Shown: one piece after another, positions 41,696-51,815 of the stretch
Numbering within the stretch: the stretch's first letter is position 1
How the letters are laid out: the number at the start of each line of letters is the position of its first letter
Notes under the pieces: model-generated
What the model saw: only the letters and a program-made list of their open reading frames with translations
Told to the model about the DNA's origin: nothing
Database searches by the model: none
NCBI GenBank assembly: GCA_938046645.1
Contig: CALIWM010000189.1
Coordinates: 36,892 to 100,891, forward strand
DNA: 64,000 nucleotides
Origin: an uncultured Gemella sp.
Lineage (GTDB): Bacteria > Bacillota > Bacilli > Staphylococcales > Gemellaceae
Direction: 5' to 3'
Translations under genes and position numbers: made by a program

Positions 41696-43897
41696 TTACA
41701 AATGAGAAAGCAAATCAGAAATTGGAGTATTCTCGTCAAAAATGACATCTGCTTCATCAGGATTATCTACAATTACACCTCTTGCTAAAGCATTTACTGC
41801 AAGCATAGAATAAATTGATGGAGTTGTTTCAACTTTGCCAAGAACATCTAAAAGCAATTCATCAAGCCCTGCTCTATTAACACTTGAATGAGAAGCGATT
41901 TCTTTTGGCATATCAATCCAAATCAATCTGTTTTGTTTAAAATCAAAGATGATAGGAATAACACCTCTAACTTCTGAAACAAGTTGGAATTGCTTAAAGA
42001 CAGATTTTTGTTGATAAAGTTCTTTGCTTGCTGCCTCATCATTAGACAGCAACATTACACCAGCACGATTAGATGGATAACCTGAGAAATCATCTTGATT
42101 AAAGTTATTAACATACATAATCAAATAGTGCTCATCCTCAGAGTTTAGCAAAGCCTCAATTCCTCGAATATCAACATATTCAATTGCGCCATCAGGCTCT
42201 GGAGCATCTTGGTAGTCTCCACTATGCTTAAAGGAAACTTTCTTCCCATTAATAACATATTCATCTCTTAATTGTGTAAAAGCTGACATTCCCACTTGAC
42301 CCAAGCCATTTTCTGTCTTCTTAAACAATTTTGTAGATAGGTCTAAATCTGTTCTTCCGTTGCCATCATTTGTCCAGAATTGGAAGAAACGAACAACATC
42401 AAAGCCTTTAGGCAATTCAAACCAAGAATAACGAGTTGCTAATTCTGTTGAATTTGATGTACCTTTCATAGATGTAGACAGAGCCATACTTCCTAAAGTT
42501 GGAGAAATATAAACTTTCCCAAGAAACTCTTTCTGAGCATATTTCATTCCTAAAACAAGCATTAAACGCTCAAAAATATAATGAATATCCCCTTGTTCTT
42601 TCAGGTTAGTAATGGTTTCATCAAGTTTTTGATAAACGCCTTTAACAGCAACAGAGCGAGGAGTCTCTTCTTCAAGCGCCCTCAAACGAGCAACTAATTG
42701 CCAAAGGACTTTACTATCTACAGATGTGAACACATTCATCATATTGAACATAATGTAATCGTAAGAGTTAAAATCTACCTTATTTAAGACAGACAGCAAT
42801 CTACGAGCAAATTCGCCCGGACGAGTATTCAATAGAGAAATAAGTTTAGCAGTGTTGTGAATAGAAGTATCGTCAGAAAAATCTAAGTAAGACTGCTGAA
42901 TTGCACCTCTAGTTGTTGTTTTAGAACCATAAATTTTCTTGTCAAAAAGAGCATTAAAGAACTTTTGAACTTTAGGATATTTCGCTTTCCCAACACGGCT
43001 TCCAAAAAGCTTGTAGAATTTCTTCCAAGGTTTGCGATACAACCACATGTCATCAAAAGTATAATTCAACTTTTCAAGATAAGAGAAAATCAAATGAATT
43101 TCTTTATTGTTAAATTTCTTAAATTGAATATGTTTTGCTGATAGTTCTACACCACTCAATTCAGCAGCAAGACGCAAAGCATCTGTAGCTGTATCAACAT
43201 AGCCATCAAGAACAATACCATGTCTGTTAAACATATAAAGAATATAGTAATTTTTCAATTCTTTATTTTGAAAATTTTCTTTCTGGATGGTTTTAGAAAT
43301 AGAGACTTTATGATTTTCTAGAGTTTCCAAAAGAACATCTAACTCAGCAAATTCTTCTTTAGATGGCACAACCTTACTAAATAGTTTGTTTGCAACAAGA
43401 GCTTCAACCTCTGCCAAAGTTACAATATCAAGTTCTTTTAAATCAAAAACATCAGCAGATTGCAAATCAGCATGTGCCTTAGCTTCTTCTTCTGATAATC
43501 CACACCAGAATTGAAGTGCATCAACATAAGAGATTTTACGGCTCTCCGGCAAAGCAATATCACCAGCTTTGTCAAACAGGCCATCAATATCAGCGCTTAA
43601 AAAATAAACAGTCTCATAAAGAGGCTCTAGATTTTTCAAATCAAAAACCTTGGTCAACTCATCAATAGAGATGGTTAAAGATTCAATAACAGAGTTTTTA
43701 GAAAAATCTCCCTCAACCAAAAACTCTTGTGCTTTAGCACTCAAAGAGTACCCAAACGTTGCCAAACGTTGATTAATGGAGATAACATCTTCTTTAGAGA
43801 ACACATTCTCTTTGTCACCAGAAAGAACCTCCAATTGTAACATCGGGAGGGCGTTTAAGTATTTCATTGTTGTTTGCGTCAAATTAATCATAGTCAT
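41696..43897 (-). CDS. Large protein with C-terminal TerD-like stress domain
   Basis: TATDALRLA, RPGEFARRL, W...RTDLDLS, HSGD...A....EYVD motifs. Confidence 0.6.
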   Translation of the reverse strand: MTMINLTQTTMKYLNALPMLQLEVLSGDKENVFSKEDVISINQRLATFGYSLSAKAQEFLVEGDFSKNSVIESLTISIDELTKVFDLKNLEPLYETVYFLSADIDGLFDKAGDIALPESRKISYVDALQFWCGLSEEEAKAHADLQSADVFDLKELDIVTLAEVEALVANKLFSKVVPSKEEFAELDVLLETLENHKVSISKTIQKENFQNKELKNYYILYMFNRHGIVLDGYVDTATDALRLAAELSGVELSAKHIQFKKFNNKEIHLIFSYLEKLNYTFDDMWLYRKPWKKFYKLFGSRVGKAKYPKVQKFFNALFDKKIYGSKTTTRGAIQQSYLDFSDDTSIHNTAKLISLLNTRPGEFARRLLSVLNKVDFNSYDYIMFNMMNVFTSVDSKVLWQLVARLRALEEETPRSVAVKGVYQKLDETITNLKEQGDIHYIFERLMLVLGMKYAQKEFLGKVYISPTLGSMALSTSMKGTSNSTELATRYSWFELPKGFDVVRFFQFWTNDGNGRTDLDLSTKLFKKTENGLGQVGMSAFTQLRDEYVINGKKVSFKHSGDYQDAPEPDGAIEYVDIRGIEALLNSEDEHYLIMYVNNFNQDDFSGYPSNRAGVMLLSNDEAASKELYQQKSVFKQFQLVSEVRGVIPIIFDFKQNRLIWIDMPKEIASHSSVNRAGLDELLLDVLGKVETTPSIYSMLAVNALARGVIVDNPDEADVIFDENTPISDLLSHL

Positions 43898-43991
43898 AAA
43901 AAATTACTCCTTTTTGTTGAATTGAATATATCTATTATATCATAAATGATAAAATAAAAATAGGGTTCAGACCCTATTTTTTATTCAATCT

Positions 43992-44834
43992 TTATTTAAT
44001 CCTATATCCTGTTGCATAATCAACAGAAACGCCATCCATTACATTATAAACGAAGACAGTTTTGTCTATACTGCTATCATCTAAGCTCTTGTATCTCATT
44101 AGCACTCCTCTAGGCAGCAGCTCTTGGTCATCATAGACAGCTCGAACTTGATAACGAATTGTTTTGCCACGCTTTACAGCCAACTCAACTTCATTTTCAA
44201 ATTTTTGCATACCCTGTGTTTTAGACTTATTAAATTCTTCTAGTCCTGTTACAAGATTTTCTTTAACATCAATATTAGCTTTCATAAAGGCGTAGGCCAA
44301 AAGATGAGAGCGATTATATAAACTTTTCTTCTTACCTAACTGCTCATTGTGCCAACCAACTGGATTAACCGTAATTCTAGGTCTGTCTTTACTTCCTTTA
44401 TAGTTTTTACGATTCAAGTAAGCATCAGCCTGAACAGCTCGACCCAAGACATCTACTGATTGAAGTTGATATGGATTATCTTGAGACACTTGATTCAACT
44501 CTTCTTCTGAAAAATTAGAAGCGCCAAGCTCCACATAATGCTTGCCATCAGCAGGAAGATTATGAATATCAAGGCCCGATAAATCGACACCAGAATTGAT
44601 TGTTACATTTTGAGAAATATTCTCTGGATTAGTTTGCGTTGGCCCTTGTACTGCCGGCTCTTTATTGATTGAACCTGCCTGAGTATATTCTATTTTAGGA
44701 GCTTTTGTAGTATTAGATTTGATATAAGCTGTCACTTTATCATAACCCAAATATCCCACAACACTTAAAGTTAGAACAACCAACGTGATTACTTTGTTTT
44801 TAAAGGCCCTGCCTTTATACTTTAACTTTTTCAT
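43992..44834 (-). CDS. Membrane-anchored DNA/RNA non-specific endonuclease (EndA/streptodornase-like)
   Basis: D.LGR, P.GWH, YNRSHLLAY, NLVTG...N, M..FE, VYNV..G..VDYATG. Confidence 0.85.
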   Translation of the reverse strand: MKKLKYKGRAFKNKVITLVVLTLSVVGYLGYDKVTAYIKSNTTKAPKIEYTQAGSINKEPAVQGPTQTNPENISQNVTINSGVDLSGLDIHNLPADGKHYVELGASNFSEEELNQVSQDNPYQLQSVDVLGRAVQADAYLNRKNYKGSKDRPRITVNPVGWHNEQLGKKKSLYNRSHLLAYAFMKANIDVKENLVTGLEEFNKSKTQGMQKFENEVELAVKRGKTIRYQVRAVYDDQELLPRGVLMRYKSLDDSSIDKTVFVYNVMDGVSVDYATGYRIK

Positions 44835-44957
44835 ATAGTATTTTTCCCTTTCTAATTTTAAAAAGTTATTACATAAGATATTCTACAATAAAAATAAATC
44901 CATCACAATAGAAAAAGCAAATCTAATTTAACTAGACTTGCTTTTTTATTAAACTAA

Positions 44958-45854
44958 TTAATTCGAACTAGTAGATTGAGTGTCACTAGAGTTATTAGTA
45001 TTTAAAGAAGATGAAGAAGAACTACTAGAATTTGAAGAACTTCTGTTACGGTTAGCTTTAGAAATATACTCCCGTTCCAAACTTTGCTCAGTGTCTTTCA
45101 GTTCATTTATCTGTTTTTGAAGACTATCTTTTTCTTCTCTTTCTTTTGCCCTAGCCGAAGCTTCTTCTAACATTGATTTCACATAGTCATCAACATTAAT
45201 AGTGCTTTCCACATTCGCCTTATCTTGATAGGCCTTTTTAAGATTAGGATTTTTAATCTTAGAAATGGCCACAACATACTGAGGAAGCAAACTTTTATTG
45301 CTTTCATACTCAGAGTAAACAGCATCTGCACTCTTAATGTTATCTAATTGAATTTTAGCAATTGTGTCATAGAGAGCATACTGTGCACGAATTTTATTGT
45401 TCTTAATCGCTTTTACTAACTCGGAATTTTTAGAAACTAATTTCTCATCAAATTTTTCTTTTAAGTAATTATCTGATGCAGCAGTTGAGAAAATATCATT
45501 TTCAAATAATGAAACAGTATTTTTTTGAACTTTTAGAACTGTGTCTAATTGCTCTTTCACAACTTCTGCTTCTTTAATTTCTTTACTTGGGAACAGATTA
45601 ATCAAGAAACGTTGGCCATTATTGAATTTCTTTGTTAGAGGATTTTCTGGAATTGCCTTAAATTCCTGTTCTTGATTTTTCAAAATTTCTGTTGCATATT
45701 GAGATTCTTTCAAATAAGAATCTTTGAGATAAAAGGTATAAGCAGTTAAACCACCCAAGCCAAGCAGCACAACGAGAGCCAAGGAGATGGCCCACCTACG
45801 AACCATCTTATCCTCGTCTGTTTTAGTTGTTTTCGTTTTTCTAGAATTTTCCAT
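44958..45854 (-). CDS. Single-TM helical extracellular protein (weakly MapZ-like)
   Basis: TM, helical domain, Ser-rich tail; directly downstream of PBP gene. Confidence 0.5.
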   Translation of the reverse strand: MENSRKTKTTKTDEDKMVRRWAISLALVVLLGLGGLTAYTFYLKDSYLKESQYATEILKNQEQEFKAIPENPLTKKFNNGQRFLINLFPSKEIKEAEVVKEQLDTVLKVQKNTVSLFENDIFSTAASDNYLKEKFDEKLVSKNSELVKAIKNNKIRAQYALYDTIAKIQLDNIKSADAVYSEYESNKSLLPQYVVAISKIKNPNLKKAYQDKANVESTINVDDYVKSMLEEASARAKEREEKDSLQKQINELKDTEQSLEREYISKANRNRSSSNSSSSSSSSLNTNNSSDTQSTSSN

Positions 45855-45865
45855 TTTATTCCTTT

Positions 45866-48307
45866 CTATTGTGAAGAAGAACTTGTATTATTGCTTGAAT
45901 TTGATGATGAAGACGAAGAAGTTTTTTGTTCATCTAATTTTGCAATACGGTCTTGTAAGTTCTTAATAGCACTTTCAATATTGTTCTTCTCTTGTTGTAA
46001 CTCAGCTTTTGTAGGGCCACCAGATGGATTGTTGGCATTATAAACATCAATTTGATATTGCTTGTTATAGATGAGAGACTGAAGACTAGATTCTACATTA
46101 GCCTTATATTCTTCAGACAGCAATCTTTCTTTTTGGCTCGTCAAATAAGATGTAATATTATTTAGGGTGTCATAACTAGTAAACGTTTGATTGTTTAAGT
46201 TTTGAATAGCTTTCATAATATTCTCATACAAAGCTTTGTCAACCACACCCTCATCCAGAGGATTTGTTTTATAAGTTGCAATTTGAGCAGCAAGATTTTC
46301 TCGCTCCGTTTTTCTATATTGAGAATGGTCTGCATTAATTTTAGAACCAGATTTCATTGTAAAATCAATTTGAGGTTTCCCTTGGTGAAGATAAGTCATT
46401 ACATTTTTAAAGACATATGATGGAAGTTTTTGCTGCTCCCATGATGCCTGAGAAATATTTTCATCACCACCAGTCCAGATAGCAACAGAATAATAAGGTG
46501 TTGCACCTGTATACCACAAATCAATGTAGTAATCTGTTGTTCCTGTTTTAGCTGCAAGGAATGGATAACCAAAGTCACCATATTTACCTGTAGCTTCACT
46601 ACCAAACACAACAGATTTCATCATCCCTAACATTTGGTAAGATGCTTGTGGTGTATAAACCTGTGGAGAAGCTTCCTCAGAACGGTCATAAACAACAGAG
46701 TCAGATGAACGTTGTGTAATTTTAGTAACATTTGTAGGACTATGATAAGCACCACCAGAAACCAAAGTATTCACGGCGGCTGCCATGTCAACATTACGAA
46801 CGCCATGTGTGAAACCACCAATAGAAGTGATTGGATTGTGGTCTAAGTAAGAAAGACCTCTAAAGTTCATTTTAGCAAGAGGGTCAATCGGGTCAGGCAT
46901 TTCAGAAGCCAAACGATAAGCTGGACGGTTTGCTGAAATTTCTAAGGCCTTAGTAAGTGTCAAATCATTCCTTTGATAGATAGAATCTGAATACCAATTA
47001 TCAGGATAACTTGAATTTCCTTTTGCATCAGAAATAGGAGTATTTGGAGTATACCCTCTTTCAAGAGCAGGCGTGTAAGAAATATAAGGCTTAATAGCAG
47101 AGCCGGGCTGCTTAAAGGATTGACTTGCTCGGTTAAATTCCCCTTGCCCCTCAATACCGCCAACAATAGCAACCACTGTATTGGTTTGATTGTCAATTAC
47201 AGTTGCTGTAGCTTGAACACCTTTTCCTGCCGTTGTATCAGTAACAATTTGCTGCACTTGTTTTTGAATTTCTTGATTAATAGAAGTATTAATAACAAAT
47301 CCACCATTAATGACTTTCTGGTAATACTCGTCATAACTTTCAGCATATTTCTTCTTATATTCTTTTTCTTCATCCTCACTAGAGAAAGAATATTGGAACA
47401 CAAAACCATCTGCCTTCATCAAATTTTCCACAGTATTATCAATTGCAAATTTAACAGCATAATCAGTAATTTGATTTCCTTGATTAAGATTCAATTGAGC
47501 TTGACTAGGATGAGCAAGAGCATCTTCTTTATCTTTTTCCGAGATATATCCTTGTTTCACCATCTCACTCAAAATGATTTTAGTGCGTTTTAAAGAATTT
47601 TCTGGTTGATTTACTGGGTCAAACAGAGTTGGGTTATTTGTAATACCAACCAAGGTAGCAACCTCATACAAAGTAGCTTCTTTAATAGAATGACCAAAAT
47701 AAGTTAATGAAGCTGTATTAATTCCATACGCTCCATGACCAAAATAAACATTATTAAGATAGAACTCTAAAATATCATTTTTAGAATATTTGTCTTCAAT
47801 TTTTTGAGCCAAAACCATTTCCGTAACTTTACGAGTAATCGTCTGCTCATTTGTAAGATAGACGTTTTTAACAAGTTGCTGGGTAAGAGTAGAAGCTCCT
47901 CGAACTTCTCCGCCAGTCAATTTAGATTGGATAATAGCAGGGAAGCCTTGAATATCTACACCTTTATGCTCTTTAAAGCGACTATCTTCTATAGATACAA
48001 GTGCATCTGGCAAATATTTCGGCATATCTTTATAAGAGATATATTCAAAATCACCTCTAGAAAATTCTTGCAGGACATTGCCACTTGCATCTAAAACCTG
48101 AGTTTTATAGTGCTGCTTGAAGTCTGCTTCTTGGATATTAATGTCATATCCTTTTTGAACCGCTTCTTCAATTTGGTACTTCTTGTAGACATGGTTTCCT
48201 ACAACAGTTGCACCAACAGCTCCAATCAAACCAAGAGACAATAACCCAATCGAAATTTTAGTGGATAGGGCCATTCGGAATTTTTTATTCTTTTTTTCTT
48301 TTGACAT
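45866..48307 (-). CDS. Class A penicillin-binding protein (transglycosylase + transpeptidase)
   Basis: EDSRFKEHKG, GASTLTQQ, RKVTE, YLN; SAIK (SxxK), SAN, KTG. Confidence 0.93.
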   Translation of the reverse strand: MSKEKKNKKFRMALSTKISIGLLSLGLIGAVGATVVGNHVYKKYQIEEAVQKGYDINIQEADFKQHYKTQVLDASGNVLQEFSRGDFEYISYKDMPKYLPDALVSIEDSRFKEHKGVDIQGFPAIIQSKLTGGEVRGASTLTQQLVKNVYLTNEQTITRKVTEMVLAQKIEDKYSKNDILEFYLNNVYFGHGAYGINTASLTYFGHSIKEATLYEVATLVGITNNPTLFDPVNQPENSLKRTKIILSEMVKQGYISEKDKEDALAHPSQAQLNLNQGNQITDYAVKFAIDNTVENLMKADGFVFQYSFSSEDEEKEYKKKYAESYDEYYQKVINGGFVINTSINQEIQKQVQQIVTDTTAGKGVQATATVIDNQTNTVVAIVGGIEGQGEFNRASQSFKQPGSAIKPYISYTPALERGYTPNTPISDAKGNSSYPDNWYSDSIYQRNDLTLTKALEISANRPAYRLASEMPDPIDPLAKMNFRGLSYLDHNPITSIGGFTHGVRNVDMAAAVNTLVSGGAYHSPTNVTKITQRSSDSVVYDRSEEASPQVYTPQASYQMLGMMKSVVFGSEATGKYGDFGYPFLAAKTGTTDYYIDLWYTGATPYYSVAIWTGGDENISQASWEQQKLPSYVFKNVMTYLHQGKPQIDFTMKSGSKINADHSQYRKTERENLAAQIATYKTNPLDEGVVDKALYENIMKAIQNLNNQTFTSYDTLNNITSYLTSQKERLLSEEYKANVESSLQSLIYNKQYQIDVYNANNPSGGPTKAELQQEKNNIESAIKNLQDRIAKLDEQKTSSSSSSNSSNNTSSSSQ

Positions 48308-48403
48308 TTTTTGATTTTTCTCCTTTCATATCTCAAAACATCTGTCTATAATTATACCATAAAATCAAAAGAAAATCCCTAGTTTAATTAAGGATTTTTC
48401 ATT

Positions 48404-49120
48404 TTATTTTGATTGTAATTTTTGATTTTCACGATTATAAACAAATGACTGTTCTGTCGCTTTGGCTGTCCTGCCTTGACCTGTCACTGTCTTATATGTA
48501 TATGTAGAGGTTTTAGCTTCTAACGTCACTTCTTGCAGATACATATTCTTTGTTAATGACATTTGAGATTTAAAATCTTGATACTCATTAGCAAAGGAAT
48601 CGTTTGAAATTGTATATGGTGGTTCACCCTCATCATAGTTCTCTAAACTTGCATTGAGAACTGATAGGTTGCCATCTTGTTTTTCCACTTTAATTTTTAG
48701 ATAGTAAGTTTGACCATAGAATTGATACAAGTCAAAAACTTCTTTAAAAGTATTTTCTCCTGTAACGACCCTACTATAAGAACCAATCTTCTGAGCGATA
48801 TATGGTTGGTCTTGATTTCCAAGTACAGCTTGTAATTGCTGAACTGTTTCAAAATGAGAAACATCCACACTTGCTGCATCTGCAACAGCGGTATTTTCAT
48901 CAAACGGAACTTCTAAAGAATAAAGCTTTAAATCTTTTCCTTTATTCTGGTCTTTAACCATTGTTTCAAATGGTATTCGGAACTGAGGCAATTTTCGTTG
49001 GAACATCATCACACCAAAAGTTACAAATGGTGCAAAGAGGATAATCCAAAATAAAAGCCATAGCCATTTAGTCATCTTCCTCACAGGAAGTTTTTCTTTT
49101 TTGTTTTTTCTTGAAAACAT
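48404..49120 (-). CDS. Hypothetical single-TM protein
   Basis: Likely start MFSRKNKK at 49120; the longer ORF-track start crosses a terminator and promoter. Confidence 0.65.
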   Translation of the reverse strand: MFSRKNKKEKLPVRKMTKWLWLLFWIILFAPFVTFGVMMFQRKLPQFRIPFETMVKDQNKGKDLKLYSLEVPFDENTAVADAASVDVSHFETVQQLQAVLGNQDQPYIAQKIGSYSRVVTGENTFKEVFDLYQFYGQTYYLKIKVEKQDGNLSVLNASLENYDEGEPPYTISNDSFANEYQDFKSQMSLTKNMYLQEVTLEAKTSTYTYKTVTGQGRTAKATEQSFVYNRENQKLQSK

Positions 49121-49170
49121 GAAACAATATACTCCATTTCCTTTATTAAGTTGAATGATTAAATTATACC

Positions 49171-49586
49171 AAAAAACCCACCTTTTTACAAGGCGAGCTT
49201 TTTGATTTATAGAAGCTACTGTGAAATGATTAATATAGCTTTCTCCCACAACATAGGGAGAGCTTGTTTTCTTGGCTGAAATGATTTTAGAAGTATAATC
49301 ACTCTTTATAGCAGCCTCTTAACATTCAACAAAATTATTTTACATATGAAAGGAGTAAACAGATTTTATAAATTGCATCTAACAATTATCAAATCCATCT
49401 ATGGATAAAAATAACAAATGTATTAACAAATGTTGAATTTTAAGAAGACAACAACCTACGAAATGAGAAAATATATCTAAGCTCATCCAAGCGATTAACA
49501 ACCTAAAGGCATCAATCATTTGGATTGCTTAATGTTCTTTTTAGCAAAAATGATTAGAAGTATTCTCACTTTTTAAAAGTTATTGT
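49171..49586 (-). ncRNA. Candidate ~415-nt structured non-coding RNA
   Basis: TTGACA-17-TAAGAT promoter with TG (49621-49593); GU-containing terminator 49171-49203 plus U6; several stems; no credible ORF. Confidence 0.55.
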
Positions 49587-49885
49587 ATATAAATCTTATC
49601 ATTATCCACCCAAAATGTCAATATTTTTATTAAATTTTATTCTAAACAAAAAAGATGCGTTTTTATTAAAATAATGGACAGTAAAAATAAACTTGCTGAT
49701 ATTTGTATTTTTATTTTAATTTCTCCAAAATAAAACATAAAATCGTTAATTAGTTTAAAAATGTATGCGTGATATTTTATTTTTTAATATTTCAAAACAC
49801 GCATATATTTATTTTTTATATATTAGCTCTCGAAACATTGAAAAATCAAACATTTTAAGACCTAAAATTTAAGGTTGTTTTCAAC

Positions 49886-49998
49886 ATGGGGGAAGGAGTG
49901 TGGCTGGCGAAGACGGCCATGCGCACTTCCTTACCTGATGAGGTGCTTGTGCACTCTCATCTTTTTGTCTACGAGCACAGCGGAGTGACACTCAATGC
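49886..49998. other. GC-rich multi-hairpin island; candidate priming site/origin or RNA
   Basis: GGAAGGAGTGTG/CGCACTTCC, TGGCTG/CGGCCA, GATGAGGTGC/GCACTCTCATC and GAGTG/CACTC stems in an AT-rich background. Confidence 0.45.
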
Positions 49999-50222
49999 CA
50001 TTTTTGAGTAGTAGTCTTTAATGAATATACAATATGAGACAAGAATTTGAACACTAGTAAATTCAAAGTCTCAGAAATCAAGGAAAACCAAGCCTATTTA
50101 ACAATCTCATTCATCTTTCAATACGACGAAAAGCACTTTTTGCTACTCAGAAAAAGCGAAAGTTTCTTATTTTGTTTTTGAGCGTTTATCTACAACAAAA
50201 AGCGAAGCGCTCATTTATACTT

Positions 50223-51815
50223 TTACGGAACGTTTGTATTCATTTTAACGAAGAAAGAAAACTGCAACTTTGAATTCATCTCTATAGAATGGAGTTGTTC
50301 TTCAGTTGCGTCACTTTGTACGTTTAGGTCATCTCGTTTAAAGGCGGCTGACGTTTGCTTGTTAGCTATTAAATTGGAAGCACCTAAAAAATTAGTTTGA
50401 GAAACTTTGCGTTGTTCTTCAATAAATTGTAGAGCATCTTTCATAAGAGCTTCCATCTTTGACCCTTGGGCCACACCAACTAAACGTTTAATCTGATTAT
50501 CAGATAGATGTGCTTTCTTTTTTAATGCCATCACTCTAAATGAGCGTTTCAGTTTATCAGCTTTTTCAATACGGCTATTAAATCTATTAAATGCCTTAAT
50601 CGTAATTTCTTCTTTTGTGTGCAGCAAATAAATGTCCTGAGAAATATTTTTCAGTCCAAGTTTTTCACACAAAAATTCATTTGTTAATTTAGGACAAGTC
50701 TCATACCATTTTTGAGCATCCTGAAAAACCTTATTCATCTGGAATAAAGTTAAATAATCTGGAGCGACAGTTATACCATCTTCATTTCTAAAATATTTAG
50801 ATTGAAGAGAAATCAATTTTCTAACAATCTGATAATCTGGCATGTAAGAAATGTTTTTAGAGTAATCTAGGTATAACCAAGCAAACACTTTAAACAGTTC
50901 TGCCAGTATTGGCCGTTCATCAGCTTCTAATGTTTGATAATAAGAAAAAATGTCGTTATTGTTAGATAGGCGATTAGCAGATACATGAGGAAACTTTGTA
51001 TTTTTAATGCAAGAAAAATATTCTGCAAACACCGGGCAGTTCATCCTCTTTTTAAAATTCCGTTTCACTAATCTCAGCCGTTCAATTTGATTAGCGTTTG
51101 ATTTTTGGGTTTTAACTAAATCATATAATTCTGAGCAAGAATAAAAAACATTGTTTTGCTCTTTAAAAGTAATGGGCAGCGGTGTAGTCTTACAAATAGA
51201 ATTTTCAGCAGGAATATAATCAGAAGTAGAAACAGTAATTTGTCGTAATGCTCTTGCAACTGTTCCTTTTTCATTTTTGACATCCATCTTAAATTTGTAT
51301 TCACTAAAAACACCTCTTACTTTTTTCAGCAAGTGACTCTCTGCTCCTATAAACATTTTTTTCGTTTTAGGCGAGTTGAAATAAACTTCTTTATTAAATA
51401 CAAAACCTAAATAACATTCTTCTCCCCCAGACATAATAAATGTCGGAATGAGATTTTCTTGTTTTAATTTCTCAATAACAGGTTTCAATAAATGGTAGAC
51501 ATCAAAACCTTTTCTTTCCATAGACCACTCTGATTTATTAATGTCAAATTTAATAACCATCATAGACTTGGACTTCATAGTATCATCTGAGAATTGAACC
51601 GGCACACCAATTTTTAAATCTAATCTAACCGGATATTGTGTAGGTTCTGGCATTGAAAGTCGTTCTGCCAAGTCTGTAATATGTTCTCCTCTTGGTATAC
51701 CATATACGAGTTCATCTGTATATTCTTTAAAACGTAAAAAAGCGCCCTCTGTAAAACTTGACAGATAGTCAATGTTCAATAAAGGGCGTTCTGGATATAA
51801 AAACTGAAAATCCAT
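50223..51815 (-). CDS. Candidate replication initiator with degenerate AEP/primase-like N-terminus
   Basis: VIKFDIN and IPTFIMSGGEECYLGFVF resemble the hhDhD and P..hh.SG.G.H motifs; flanked by long non-coding DNA; lies at the gene-orientation switch. Confidence 0.45.
   Translation of the reverse strand: MDFQFLYPERPLLNIDYLSSFTEGAFLRFKEYTDELVYGIPRGEHITDLAERLSMPEPTQYPVRLDLKIGVPVQFSDDTMKSKSMMVIKFDINKSEWSMERKGFDVYHLLKPVIEKLKQENLIPTFIMSGGEECYLGFVFNKEVYFNSPKTKKMFIGAESHLLKKVRGVFSEYKFKMDVKNEKGTVARALRQITVSTSDYIPAENSICKTTPLPITFKEQNNVFYSCSELYDLVKTQKSNANQIERLRLVKRNFKKRMNCPVFAEYFSCIKNTKFPHVSANRLSNNNDIFSYYQTLEADERPILAELFKVFAWLYLDYSKNISYMPDYQIVRKLISLQSKYFRNEDGITVAPDYLTLFQMNKVFQDAQKWYETCPKLTNEFLCEKLGLKNISQDIYLLHTKEEITIKAFNRFNSRIEKADKLKRSFRVMALKKKAHLSDNQIKRLVGVAQGSKMEALMKDALQFIEEQRKVSQTNFLGASNLIANKQTSAAFKRDDLNVQSDATEEQLHSIEMNSKLQFSFFVKMNTNVP

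Noticed and set aside
49121..49249. N-terminal extension of ORF 48404..49249
   Set aside because: Crosses a terminator and an extended -10 promoter; the ATG at 49120 is more plausible
49171..49586. tmRNA, RNase P or tRNA identity for the candidate RNA
   Set aside because: No tRNA-like acceptor/T-arm or GAGGAAAGUCC signature seen
49602..49610. DnaA box TTATCCACC
   Set aside because: Single imperfect match inside a promoter spacer; no cluster seen
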